Positions 25,301-37,300 of a stretch of 64,000 bases of DNA are shown here, one piece after another. The notes beneath the pieces were generated by a model, which was not told where the DNA came from, did not search any database, and saw only the letters and a program-made list of their open reading frames with translations. The stretch comes from Mytilus californianus (lineage: Eukaryota), in contig NW_026262668.1 of assembly GCF_021869535.1 (NCBI RefSeq), positions 124,186,001 to 124,250,000 on the forward strand, given 5' to 3'. A program made the translations under genes and the position numbers. Numbering within the stretch: position 1 is the first letter of the stretch; each line of letters opens with the position of its first letter.

Positions 25301-28300
25301 TAGCAAGAAATCTTCAATTGCACAGTATTGCGCAATAGCAAGAAATCTTCAATTGCACAGTATTGTGCAATAGCAAGAAATATCCAATAGCACAATATTG
25401 CGCAATAGCAAGAAATTGTCAATTGTACAGTATTGCGCAATAGCAAGAAATATTCAATTGCACAGTATTGTGCAAAAGAAGATACTTCGTATAAATTGCT
25501 TATTTCTTGATCAATTTCAATGGGGTTTTATTCTTGAATTCTTGGGGTTCTTTAATATGCTGAATCTAACCGTGTATTAAGTTTTTGGATTTTGGGCCCC
25601 GTTTTTAAATTGGTCCACATTGAGGTCCAAAGGGTCCAAAATTTAACTTTGTTTGATTTCATCAAAAATTGAATTATTGGGGTTCTTTGATATGCTGAAT
25701 CTAACCGTGTATTTAGATTCTTAATTTTTGGTTCCGTTTTCAAATTGGTCTACATTAAGGTCCAAAGGGTCCAAAATTAAACTTAGTTTGATTTTAACAA
25801 AAATTGAATTTTTAGGGTTCTTTGATATGCTGAATCTAAACATGTATTTAGATTTTTGATTATGGGCCCAGTTTTCAAGTTGGTCCAAATCGGGGTCCAA
25901 AATTAAACTTTGTTTGATTTCAACAAAAATTGAATATATGGGGTTCTTTGATATGCTGAATCTAACCATGTATTTAGATTTTTGATTTTTGGGCCCCGTT
26001 ATCAACTTTGTCCACATTGAGGTCAAAAGGGTCCAAAATTTAACTTTGTTTGATTTCATCAAAAATTGAATTATTGGGGTTCTTTGATATGCCGAATCTA
26101 ACCGTGTATTTAGATTCTTAATTTTTGGTTCTGTTTTCAAATTGGTCTACATTAAGGTCCAAAGGGTCCAAAATTAAACTTAGTTTGATTTTAACAAAAA
26201 TTGAATTTTTAGGGTTCTTTGATATGCTGAATCTAAACATGTATTTAGATTTTTGATTATGGGCCCAGTTTTCAAGTTGGTCCAAATCGGGGTCCAAAAT
26301 TAAACTTTGTTTGATTTCATCAAAAATTGAATTCTTGGGGTTCTTTGATATGCTGAATCTAACCATGTATTTAGATTTTGGATATTGGACCATAATAGGT
26401 GAATGTCCAATTTAAAATTTTTAAGTTCTTAGACCACATTCATTCTGTGTCAGAAACCTATGCTGTGTCAAATATTTAATCACAATCCAAATTCAGAGCT
26501 GTATCAAGCTTGAATGTTGTGTCCATACTTGCCCCAACTGTTCAGGGTTCGACCTCTGCGGTCGTATCAAGCTGCGCCCTGCGGAGCATTTTATTACATC
26601 TTTCATTTTTATCAGTATATTGATTTGATATTTCTTTTACCTTTGTTTCCTTTTGATGTTTTTACTCTTTGCATTTCTTGATTAAAATAGAAATGTTTAA
26701 ATAAGGGAAGAATAGATAACTGCAGAGAATACAGATTATTCTATTGAATAATGCTGGATATCGTTGTTAGAAGTCAAAGAAATTTCTGATTACACAATTT
26801 CTAAGTAAAAGATATACTCTTGAATTAAAAAAAAAAAAGAAATGAAATATTGATTTTGAATGCTGCTTTATCCGTTAAGATAATTACATGTTTTATAAGA
26901 TGAATGTATTTAGATGTTTATACAATCTATTACAGATTACAATACCACTCTGACATATAACTTTAAACATACAACAATCGATACATAAACATAAATGGAA
27001 AACAACAGTTAAACAAACAACACGTGCTCAGAACAGAATTACACAAAACATTTGATAAAAACAACAGTAAACAAACAACACTTGCTCAGAACAAAACAGA
27101 GCAACACAAAACATTTGATAAAAACAACAGTAAACAAGAAACACTTGATCAGACCAGAACAGAACAATAAAAAACATTAAACAAACAACACTTGCTCAGA
27201 AAAAAGAATAATGGAAAACATTTAAAAACAACAACAGTAAACAAACAACACTTGTTCAGACCAGAAAAAACAACAAAAACAATTCAAACAAAACAGTAAA
27301 CAAACAACATTTACTCAGAACAGAACAACACTTGCTCGGAACTGAACAAAACAACAACAGTTAACATTCAGTACTTGGTCAGACCAACAAAAAACAGTTA
27401 AAAAACATCAAAGAACAGTAAACAAACAACAGTTGCTTAGAAATGTAATGCTGTATGATCTATATATCTGGTGTCATTTTTTCACAACCTTTAATTTTTA
27501 TTTTATTTTTTTGGAAAAGTATATTATAACTACATTTTGACAAAACATGAAAAAAATCTGTTTTGTATACCCCTACACTTTTTTAAACAAGACTTTGTCA
27601 ACCAAATAAGATACAAAAACAACTGTACAAACACACAAACAACACTTGCTCAGACTCCAACAAACAACATGAAAATAGAGGCAAAAAGTAAACAAACTAT
27701 ACTTTCATAGAACATACCAGATACAAAAACAGAAGTTGCTCAGACAAGAGTTGAACAAACAGCATACGACGTGCAGTGTCAACCTTTCAAAGAACACAAT
27801 AGATACACAAACAGCACTTGCTCAGACCAGAGTTGAACAAACAGCATACAACATGCAGTGTGTAGTGTCAACCTTTCATAGAACACAACATATACACACA
27901 CAGCACTTTGTCTACCTTTCATAGAACACAATAGATACACACACAGCACTTTGTCAACCTTTCATAGAACACAATAGATACACACACAGCACTTTGTCAA
28001 CCTTTCATAGAACACAATAGATACACAAACAGCACTTGCTCAGATCAATGGTACACAAATAACATACAATCTGTAGTGTCAACCTTTCATAGAACACAAT
28101 AGATGCTCAAACAGCACTTTTTCAACCTTTTATAGAACACAATAGATACACACACAGCACTTTGTCAACCTTTCATAGAACACAATAGATATACAAACAG
28201 CACTTGCTCAGATCATTGGTACACCATTAACATATAACGTGCAGTGTCAACCTTTCATAGAACACAACAGATACACACACAGCACTTTGTCAACCTTTCA

Positions 28301-31300
28301 TAGAATACAACAGATACACACACAGCACTTTGTCAACCTTTCATCCCATATTAATAGAATTACAAGGGTCATCTTAACAAAAAACAGTGTCCTTATTTGT
28401 TTCTACTTGTTTAATTATGATGAACCTTCTATTGACCGTTAGTTATCATCATCCAGTAAAATTTGTTTGTACTTGTTTATATGCCAATGGCAGTCATATA
28501 CTTTAAGACTAAAATGGTTGTTGGCCCATTCTTCTTTAAAAACACAAACCAAAAATTTGAAATCAGTGCTGAAATTTACACAAAAAAAGAATATTTACAA
28601 ACATGATTGGTATGATAAATGATTTTATATTTCAGATTCATCACCAAGTTGGAAACCAAAATCCAGACCAGCTCAGCGTGATTCCATTGTAACCAAGAAT
28701 GAAGGAAATGATGTTAAATTAACTTGTGGTGTGAATGGCAACCCTAAACCATCCATTATATGGTATAAAGATGGAAGAATCTTTGATGATAAGAAAAGAT
28801 CAAAGGTATTATTTAGAGAAAAACAAAATTTTCAGATGAAACACATGTACATTTTTGTAGTTCAAGTCAAAACATTTAATAAAAAAGCTAATTCTTTTAG
28901 TGTGCTCAGCTAAAGCCAAATTAAAAAAATAAGCATGCATAGCAGCAGATGAAAATGAATTGTTAATCTGCACAAAATCTTTCTGCCCCACCCCCTAATT
29001 TTCTGTTGAAATTACAAATTTGAATGGGAATTGGAATGGATGTCATGTTTTACATAAATGTACCCTTTGGCTTGTTTTTGGGTCAATGCAAAAAGGCTGG
29101 TTGAGATTTTGGTTTACTGTTAAACTTTTTGGGAACTTTTTAGTAAGGTGATAGAAGAAACAAGGTACCAAACTTGCAAAAGCAAAATTTGAAGGTTAAT
29201 TGAATTTTTAAACTGAATAATGGGGAAGATTTCTAGAACACTCCCATTTTCAGATCTCACCTCGTGAATAATTTAAGAAAAAAGTTCATAAATGGGTAAT
29301 GCTTAAAGTTTCTAAAAGAGTGAAAGTATTTACATAACTGATACATTCACACTAACACAGCATTTAAAGTACAGAAGTTGTAGGTGTGTTGATTTGGTTT
29401 TAATATGTAATCATGTTTTTGGTGTGATACTCTGCTGTTTGGTGAGAACTGCTATCATGAACTGTCAGGAATAATTTATTCAATTAGTGTCATCATATAC
29501 CATCAACATGAGGCTGTATCAACAGATTATGTTACATTTATATAAAAGCTTTTTTATATAAACATGTATTGAATCAACATATAAATATAAATAAGGTAGG
29601 GAAAAAAAACTCAAAAGAAGGTACCTAGTGCGTAAAATAGATAAAGACAAAACATGGATACTAAAGTGCTATATGAGCCAACTTGGTCAACTTGGTATAT
29701 CAATGTAAAGGATAGACTAAACTGGACCACTGTTATGTTCACTTATTGCTACACTAACAACAGTTACAGCCTAAATCTCGCAGTCAGCTTTACTGCATGA
29801 TTTGATAATTTCAGCGAGACTAGTGCATCATGTGATGTATTTACTTTGTATTATATATCAAGGAACATAAATGAAAAATAAGCACATTCCTATCTCTACT
29901 GAGTTCTCAAGGAAATAAAAGATACCGACTCAGTTGAATGTTCAAAAGATCTTAAAAAAAAAATCAGTGAATATTTGATTAACATAAAAAAATAAATTTT
30001 GTATTTATCATTCTAACGCTCAAAATTTTCAGTCAGACAAGTTTAGAATTTTTTTTTTTTACATCTACCTAGAATAAAATATAATGTCATATTTTTTATC
30101 TTGTTCATAGACCTGACCATTGTATACTTAATATATATAATTTGTCCAAGAATATACAAATATATATAAAAAAATATATTATACCAGAGACATATAATAC
30201 AATATTATTGTATTATGTGTCCCTGATTATACTAGCAGAGACATATAATATTTTTATGCCCCTGCCGTAGCAGAGGGGGCATTAAGTTTTACCCTTGTCC
30301 GTCTGAACGTACGTACGTACGTACATCCCAAAATTGGTTTCCTTTCTCTAACTTTAGTTTGCCTCAACTAAATGTTATGAAACTTATACACAATGCTTAA
30401 TACCACAAAACACAGATCAAATTTGAATATTGGTGGTCTCACTTTTACTGTTCTAGAGTTATGCCCCTTTACAAATGGAAAAATTGCTGAATTTTTCATT
30501 TCCGTTCTCTAACTTAAGTTTGCTTAAACTAAATTTTATGAAACTTATAAACAATGCTTATTACCACAAAACTCAGATCAAGTACAAATTTGGGTAGCGT
30601 CACTTTTACAGTTATTGAGTTATGTCCCTTTATAACGTTATATGCAAGGGGGGGCATCATCTGTGTCCCATGGACACATTCCCCATTATTTTTTATATGT
30701 CTCTGATACTAGTAGTATCCTTGTATTATCGGTTTTCATGCTATTAAGAACGCATTGTGACGTCACAATTTCCATTGAAAAAGCAAGCATAGTATGAATT
30801 CATATGACGTACAAAAACATATTATCTGACCATATGTCCATGTTTGAACACACCTGTATCATGTCTTAAAATATACATAAAATTTATACCACATAGAGAT
30901 ATGAATAGCTTGCCGTATGGATTTAATTAACAGATACTTATTTATTTTGCAGCATTGCATGCAATATTAATATTTGAGGTCAAGTTGTCAAAAGTTGCTG
31001 TCAATATGATTGTCAATTTTGTAGCGAATCGTTGGATTTGTAAGACTCTGCCAATTAATGCCAATGTGACAATGGTTCCAACCCGTTCCTTCGGAGTGGA
31101 GATTTAGATGGAATGGCGGACCAGTTTATGGATCGCCCACACTCTATTTTATAATGATTTCATATGTTAAAGATCTATTTCTTTTTATTCCCCCCAAAAA
31201 AGAAAGGACCTGCCTTACTGCTCAGCTAGGTTACCTAACTACCTATAGTTAATATTTATTGGAAATAAGAAATAAAACATTTTGGTATAGCAAGAATTCA

Positions 31301-34300
31301 CTCATATGGCAGCATTCATGTTGCCAAGAATTTGTTGTAAATTTAAAAAACAATTCTGTATAACCAGATCTTAAAGGTTTTTATCTCGCCTATGAAGAGA
31401 GTTATAGGACAGACATAGGAATTGCAATCTGGAGGTGGTGAAATCTTAAACTATTTGTTAAGGCTTTATATTTCAGAAGGTGGAAGACCTGGATTCTTCA
31501 TACCTTGCATGTAGGTGCTTAGTTAGGTAGTTTCAGTCTGTTATATGTCCTTTGTCTTTGACCTCTTTTCCATGGTTCAGCGACTGTTTGAAAAATACCT
31601 CTTGATTTTTTTGTCATGTGAAATACTCACTTATGAGTAAAAGGATAAACTATATTTGGATCCTTGCAAGGTCTACATGTCTGTCAGACAAGGTTCACCT
31701 GACATGGATCAGTGATCAAGGTTAAGTCCTATCTCAGATACCATAAGCATTAGGTCAACTATATTTGGTCTATGGAATGATTGTAAAGTGTACATGTCCA
31801 ACAGGCAGGTTTCATTTGACCTTGACCTAATTTTCTTGGTTCATTGGTCAATATCTAGTTTTGGTGGTTTGGTCTGTTTCTCAGATACTATAAGCAATAG
31901 ATCAGCTGTATTTGGTGTATGGTATAGTATAATATGATGTCTACTTGGGAGGTTTCATCTGACCATGACCTTTTTTCATGGTTCATTGGACAATGTTCAG
32001 TTTTTGTGGTTTGGTTAGTTTATCAATTACTATAAGCAGTAGGTCAACTATATTTTGTGTATGGAATGATTGTAAGGTGTTCAAGTCTGTCTAGCCTCTG
32101 ACTGGACCTAACCTTAACCTCATTTACATGGATGTAAGGTTTATGTGATACTTGTAGTAAACCCTTCATATTACAGACTCCCAACATAAGTTCAATCACA
32201 TTATGTAAAGCAAGTGAGACATCTCAGCATGTTCTTTATGAGAGGTCTTTCCCACTTGACTTAACTCATGCACTAACAGTAGCTGATTGATTGTTGCCTG
32301 ATTAACACCCATTTGATAACAGATGCAGAATGTTGTCTTTATACAACTAAATGCTAGAATGATCAAACATTTGTTATTTTGCAATTTATGTGTTCAGATA
32401 TATATTTTTTTATTCCTCTGCTCCAAAGGAGGAGTATACTATTTTACCTAGGTTTTGTCTGCCCTTCTGTCCATTTGTCTGTCCCATTGAATTAAGAGCG
32501 TCCTTCAAGATAAATGTGTGCTTCATTGGATTATTTGTACATAATATCATTTCCCAACAGGATCTATGTACATGACATCCACAATGGTGTAACATGTTCT
32601 TTGTAGTATTAGGAGTTTCTTGACAGGATATATTTCTTTCTTGTAGACAAAGCTGCACCGGTACTCGCTGATAATGAAAGATGCCCAGGTTGATGATAAG
32701 GGAGATTACCAATGTATAGTGACCAATGTCCATGGCAGTCTGAATTTTACATTCTATGTTACAGTAATAAGTAAGTACTTGTACAGTAAATGGTTCCACG
32801 TTTGTCATCAAATGTGAATAAGTTATTCAAACATTTACCAACCATTGTTTTGTACTATCACTCTAGAATCTATGATGGTCCCCAAGGGTTAGAAGTCATG
32901 GGTCATTGGATTAAACCAAAGACTTTCATCAATTAGTATTTGCTGCTCAATTGCTATTGATGCATAGGCAGGGGTTCAAATTGTTTCTGAAAATAATATT
33001 GACCATAACCTCTGTGACTATAAACACATTTAAGTCTTGATGAATTTAAAATATTTTAATTAACATTTGTATGTACTTAGTTTCCTTTTATTGTAAACAT
33101 TTTGCATACATGCTATCAATGTTTCATGGACCCAGAAATAAGTGAGGAAAAAGTATAGAACTAATAAAAAATCTTAAATAATTTCATTTGATACATTATA
33201 TAAACTGAACAATTGAGACTGTTTATTTCATTTGAAATTCCCAGTGTAAAGTGATACATGTAAGAGCATTCAATAACACAAGAAAAAAATAACACAAAAT
33301 TATACTTTTTTGAATTCCATTGACACCTGTCTTTATCAGAATCTGAAAACCTGAAGGTATTAAGTGCTACTGCCATCCTCTTATTTTATTCAGAAACATA
33401 AATATGGAAAAAAAAACGTTCAACAGGTGAGAAGTGCTTCTGTAGCCACCCAACTGTAATTATATTGGCTTATTAGCTTTAGTTAAATTGTTTCTATTTT
33501 AAGAATTGACATGGCCTTTAGAAGTAGAAGAACCTCAGAATCAGACTGTTAATGAAGGTGAAGATGCTATATTTACTTGCCGACCTTTGAATGATCCTGA
33601 GGCCACAATTAAATGGGTGAAAAGGAATCAAACAGGATTACAGACAAGTATTGGTAAAACATCAGATGTAAGTTATCTTATAATATTAGCATAGCAGTAT
33701 TAATTATAATGGCTAAAGGTAATATACAGTTGTGGATCAAAGATTGGAGGTAAGGAGGGACTCACAAATTCATAGAGCCTTTAGAAGGGTTTAGGGCTCA
33801 ACATGTCCAGGTCATTGCTAGATTTAGGTGGTATGCACTATGTGCACATCACACCCCATTCCGCCAATCCTAATCCCCGTACATTCATTTTCAAGACAAG
33901 GAGTCTTTTGTAATCTTTAGATGGCAAATGACAGCAAATAATCAGTCTAATTCTTAGTGAAACAAGCAATGTTTAACCCCGCCACATTCTTTATGTGCCT
34001 GTCCCAAGTCAGGAGCCTGTAGTTCAGTGGTTGTCATTGGTTCATGTCTGTCATATTTGTCCATACAACTATGATACAACAACATGAGACAACTATCCAG
34101 CAAAGTTCAAATAAAGTGGATGTAAGCAATTATAGGCAACCATATGACCTTCAACAATGAAAAAAACCCATACTGTATAGTCGGCTATAAAAGGCCCCGA
34201 TATGAAAAATATGAAACAATTCAATTGAAAAACTAACGGCCTAATTTATAACAAAACAATTCACGAAAAACAAATATGACAGACGTAAACCAATGACAAC

Positions 34301-37300
34301 CACTGAACTACAGGCTCCTGACTTGGGACAGGCACATAAAGAATGTGGCAGAGTTAAACATGTTTAGATATAGTCTAAAAATCATTAGAGAAACAGATTC
34401 CACCACTATTACTCGTGTATTACAATATTTCTCCACTCTCAACAGTTAAATTTTAATTATTTAAAAAGCTCAGAAAGCCTTGCACTTTAAATATTAAAAA
34501 TTAACTGTCTCGAGTGAAGAATTATCGTAACACCCTTGATGCAGTGGTGGAATCTATATTTACATGTTTGGATGTTAGGTTAGCTGTTAAAAAATTGTCC
34601 TTGGCTTATTTTCAGAAAAGGGCAATTAATTCATTTAGAAAGGAGCTGTAAAATGTATAGGCTGATTAATTTAATATATTATCAAATAAATATACCCTAC
34701 TTGTATTTTACATATGGACGATTTGAAAATAAAACTGACACCTTCAATTTCAGATTTTAGAAAATAAAGAGATGTTAGTTCTACGCAGTGTTACAATGAA
34801 AGATGCTGGACATTATGTTTGTTTTGTTGGTAATTATTTTGGTTTGAAACAAGTAGATGTATGGTTGACAGTCATACCTACACCCACAACTACTACCACT
34901 ACTTCTACTACAACGACTACTCCAACGACAACCACTACTACACCGACTACCACTACAACAACTCCTACCACAACCACTCCGTCAACTACAACACCAACTA
35001 CAACAACTCCAACCACAACCACTACAACAACAACAACAATGAGAATACCCTTCTGGCCAGAACCAACACCAGACTGGGATGATGACTTTGATGATACACA
35101 GCGCAAAAAAGATAAGAAGAAAAAGAAAAAGAAAGATAAAAAGAAGAAAAATAAAAAAGATAGAAAGAAGAAGAAAAAGAATAAGAAGAAAAATAGAGAA
35201 GATACATCATATATGCAACCTGAAATTTATGGTAATTTGAAAGATAAACAAAAGTAGTAAATTCTTCTTCTCACATCTCTGGAATAAAAACATTATCAAC
35301 ATTTGTGGTAACTTCTCCAAAAGAAGAAGATAGTGATATAAGTAAATGTTTGAATAAAAAGAGATGTGTATAAATATAGACATGTAATCCAATACATGTA
35401 TCAAAAAATACCAAATCACATCTATAGGTCAACTTTTGGTCTTCAACAATAGACAAGGTTCTGTATAATTTCTCAAGCTCTAAAATATTTGAAATACTTA
35501 AGGATGTACTTAGGTGAAATTAAAAAAATCTCAGATTTTAAATTCATACTTTAAGTCAGAAGAGCATTATTTAAGAAACAAAATAAGCTAAAAATATTAA
35601 TATTGATAGGTTATGGAGCTCCTTTTCGAGATATTTGATTTTTAAAAAATCGCGGGAAAAGGCTGTCTCAGACTTTTACCTTATACTTGCATTGGTATTA
35701 TTTGGGTCTCAAATCGAAAGAAAAGAAATCTCGAATCTGCATAAATTTTGGTAAATGACCTTTTATGAGCTATTGAAGTCTTATATGAAAAGAAAAATGG
35801 GTGTTATGGGGCAAAATATTTTACCCTGTATCTTGGGGAAAAAAACTAACATCTGACAAAAATTCCCAAACCTGACCTAAGTACATCCTTAATTGTGGTA
35901 ATAGATATTATTACTTCAAGACACAGGCAGGTACACCAATTATAGGATAGGCTAAGTCACCAAGTTAAATGTTCAAAGAATTGAAATAAAAGACAAATTG
36001 TAATAACAGTGATTTTTTGTGAAATAAGGAAGTTATGGGTAGTAAAGCAGATAATGCACACATAATTTTAAAAATCAATGCCTCTGCATATGACTTCTGC
36101 AGATTATATTTTTGAAAAGTTTTAGCATAGTAGTCCTATGTCATAGTTCTGAATCCAGATGTAGCCCCCTGCTATGTTTCAATGAAAAAAAAGGTATATA
36201 GTTTCCATGTCATATGACTTTTCTCTCTTATAAAGTTTCTCATAAATCTGTGGGTTTTTTTGGGGATAGATAAGATATAAAGAAATTGTGATAATAATAC
36301 AAAGTAAATACAAAATTAAAAAGGAGTTAGAGTTGTCTCCCAATATCAAGTTCAAACTGGTGGGACATTTTTATGAAAAAAACAAGTCAGTGAAGTTTAT
36401 ATTTCTTGTGATCAGGATAGTTAAAAATGTCAATAAATGCCCCCTAAGTCATGGTCCAGTGACTTTGAATTAATAAGCAATTTTAAATGTTAAGTTTTCT
36501 GCTTAAGTTAGCTTGATAGGATCTACTTGTGATAGATCAATGATATTTTGCATGAAGCCGCATTACTATCAGTACATATCAGTTTGACAACTATTTTGAG
36601 GCCCTGGCCCCTAGGACATGGTCTAGTGACTTTGAGTTTATAAGCAATTTTTAATGTTAAGTTTTCTGCTTAAGTTAGTTTGATATGAACTAATTGCGAT
36701 AGATCAATGATATTTTCTAGAAAGTTGCATTACTATCAGTACATATCAGTTTGACGACCATTTTGAGTCCCTGCCCCCTAGGTCATGGTCCAGTGACTTT
36801 CAATCAAGTAACAATTTTCAATGTTAAGTTTTTATGATTAAGCTATTTTGATAGGAACTACTTACAATAGACAATATTTTCTATAAAGTTACATTGCTGT
36901 CTGTACATCTCAGTTTGTCAACCATTTCGAGGTCCTACCCACTAGTTGGTCCAGCGACTTTAAATTAGTTAGCAATGTTGCTGTCCATCAGATTGTCTTT
37001 TTCTGAATTTTATGCCAACAGGCGAGACATATCTCTGTGTCAACAGTTTATGTTTAGAATGTTTTATTTTTTTGTCCTATTAGTCCGTTCAATCTTTTGT
37101 TTAATCTGCATTTGTTAAAAGTTTTTGTATCAAAAACCAATTTTAAGAAAACCTCTACTGTCAGAATGTAAATGTTCCTCTTACTCAGAACTGCCTTTGT
37201 TGCCAGGTCAAACCAAAGACTTTAGAATAAGTATATGCTGCTTCTCCACTAAGCACATGGAATTTAGGATTAAGAGCAAATATAAAAAGAAGATGTGGTA

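Noticed and set aside
24211-26393. ORFs with poly-R/V/T/D and repeated SKNP motifs
   Set aside because: They derive from the (cgt)n microsatellite and internal arrays of a HINE element. The same applies to ORFs at 45140-46619 and 48576-49263.
13330-28635. A D1 Ig exon for the FGFR-like gene
   Set aside because: I scanned the unique segments of this intron and found no exon with Ig Cys/Trp motifs. A highly diverged exon cannot be fully excluded by eye.
32410-32811. 133-aa minus-strand ORF
   Set aside because: It overlaps the real + strand Ig exon 32647-32770 and has no recognisable motif.
34834-35210. Minus-strand poly-Val ORF and other overlapping frames
   Set aside because: These are antisense or alternative-frame shadows of the Thr- and Lys-coding exon.
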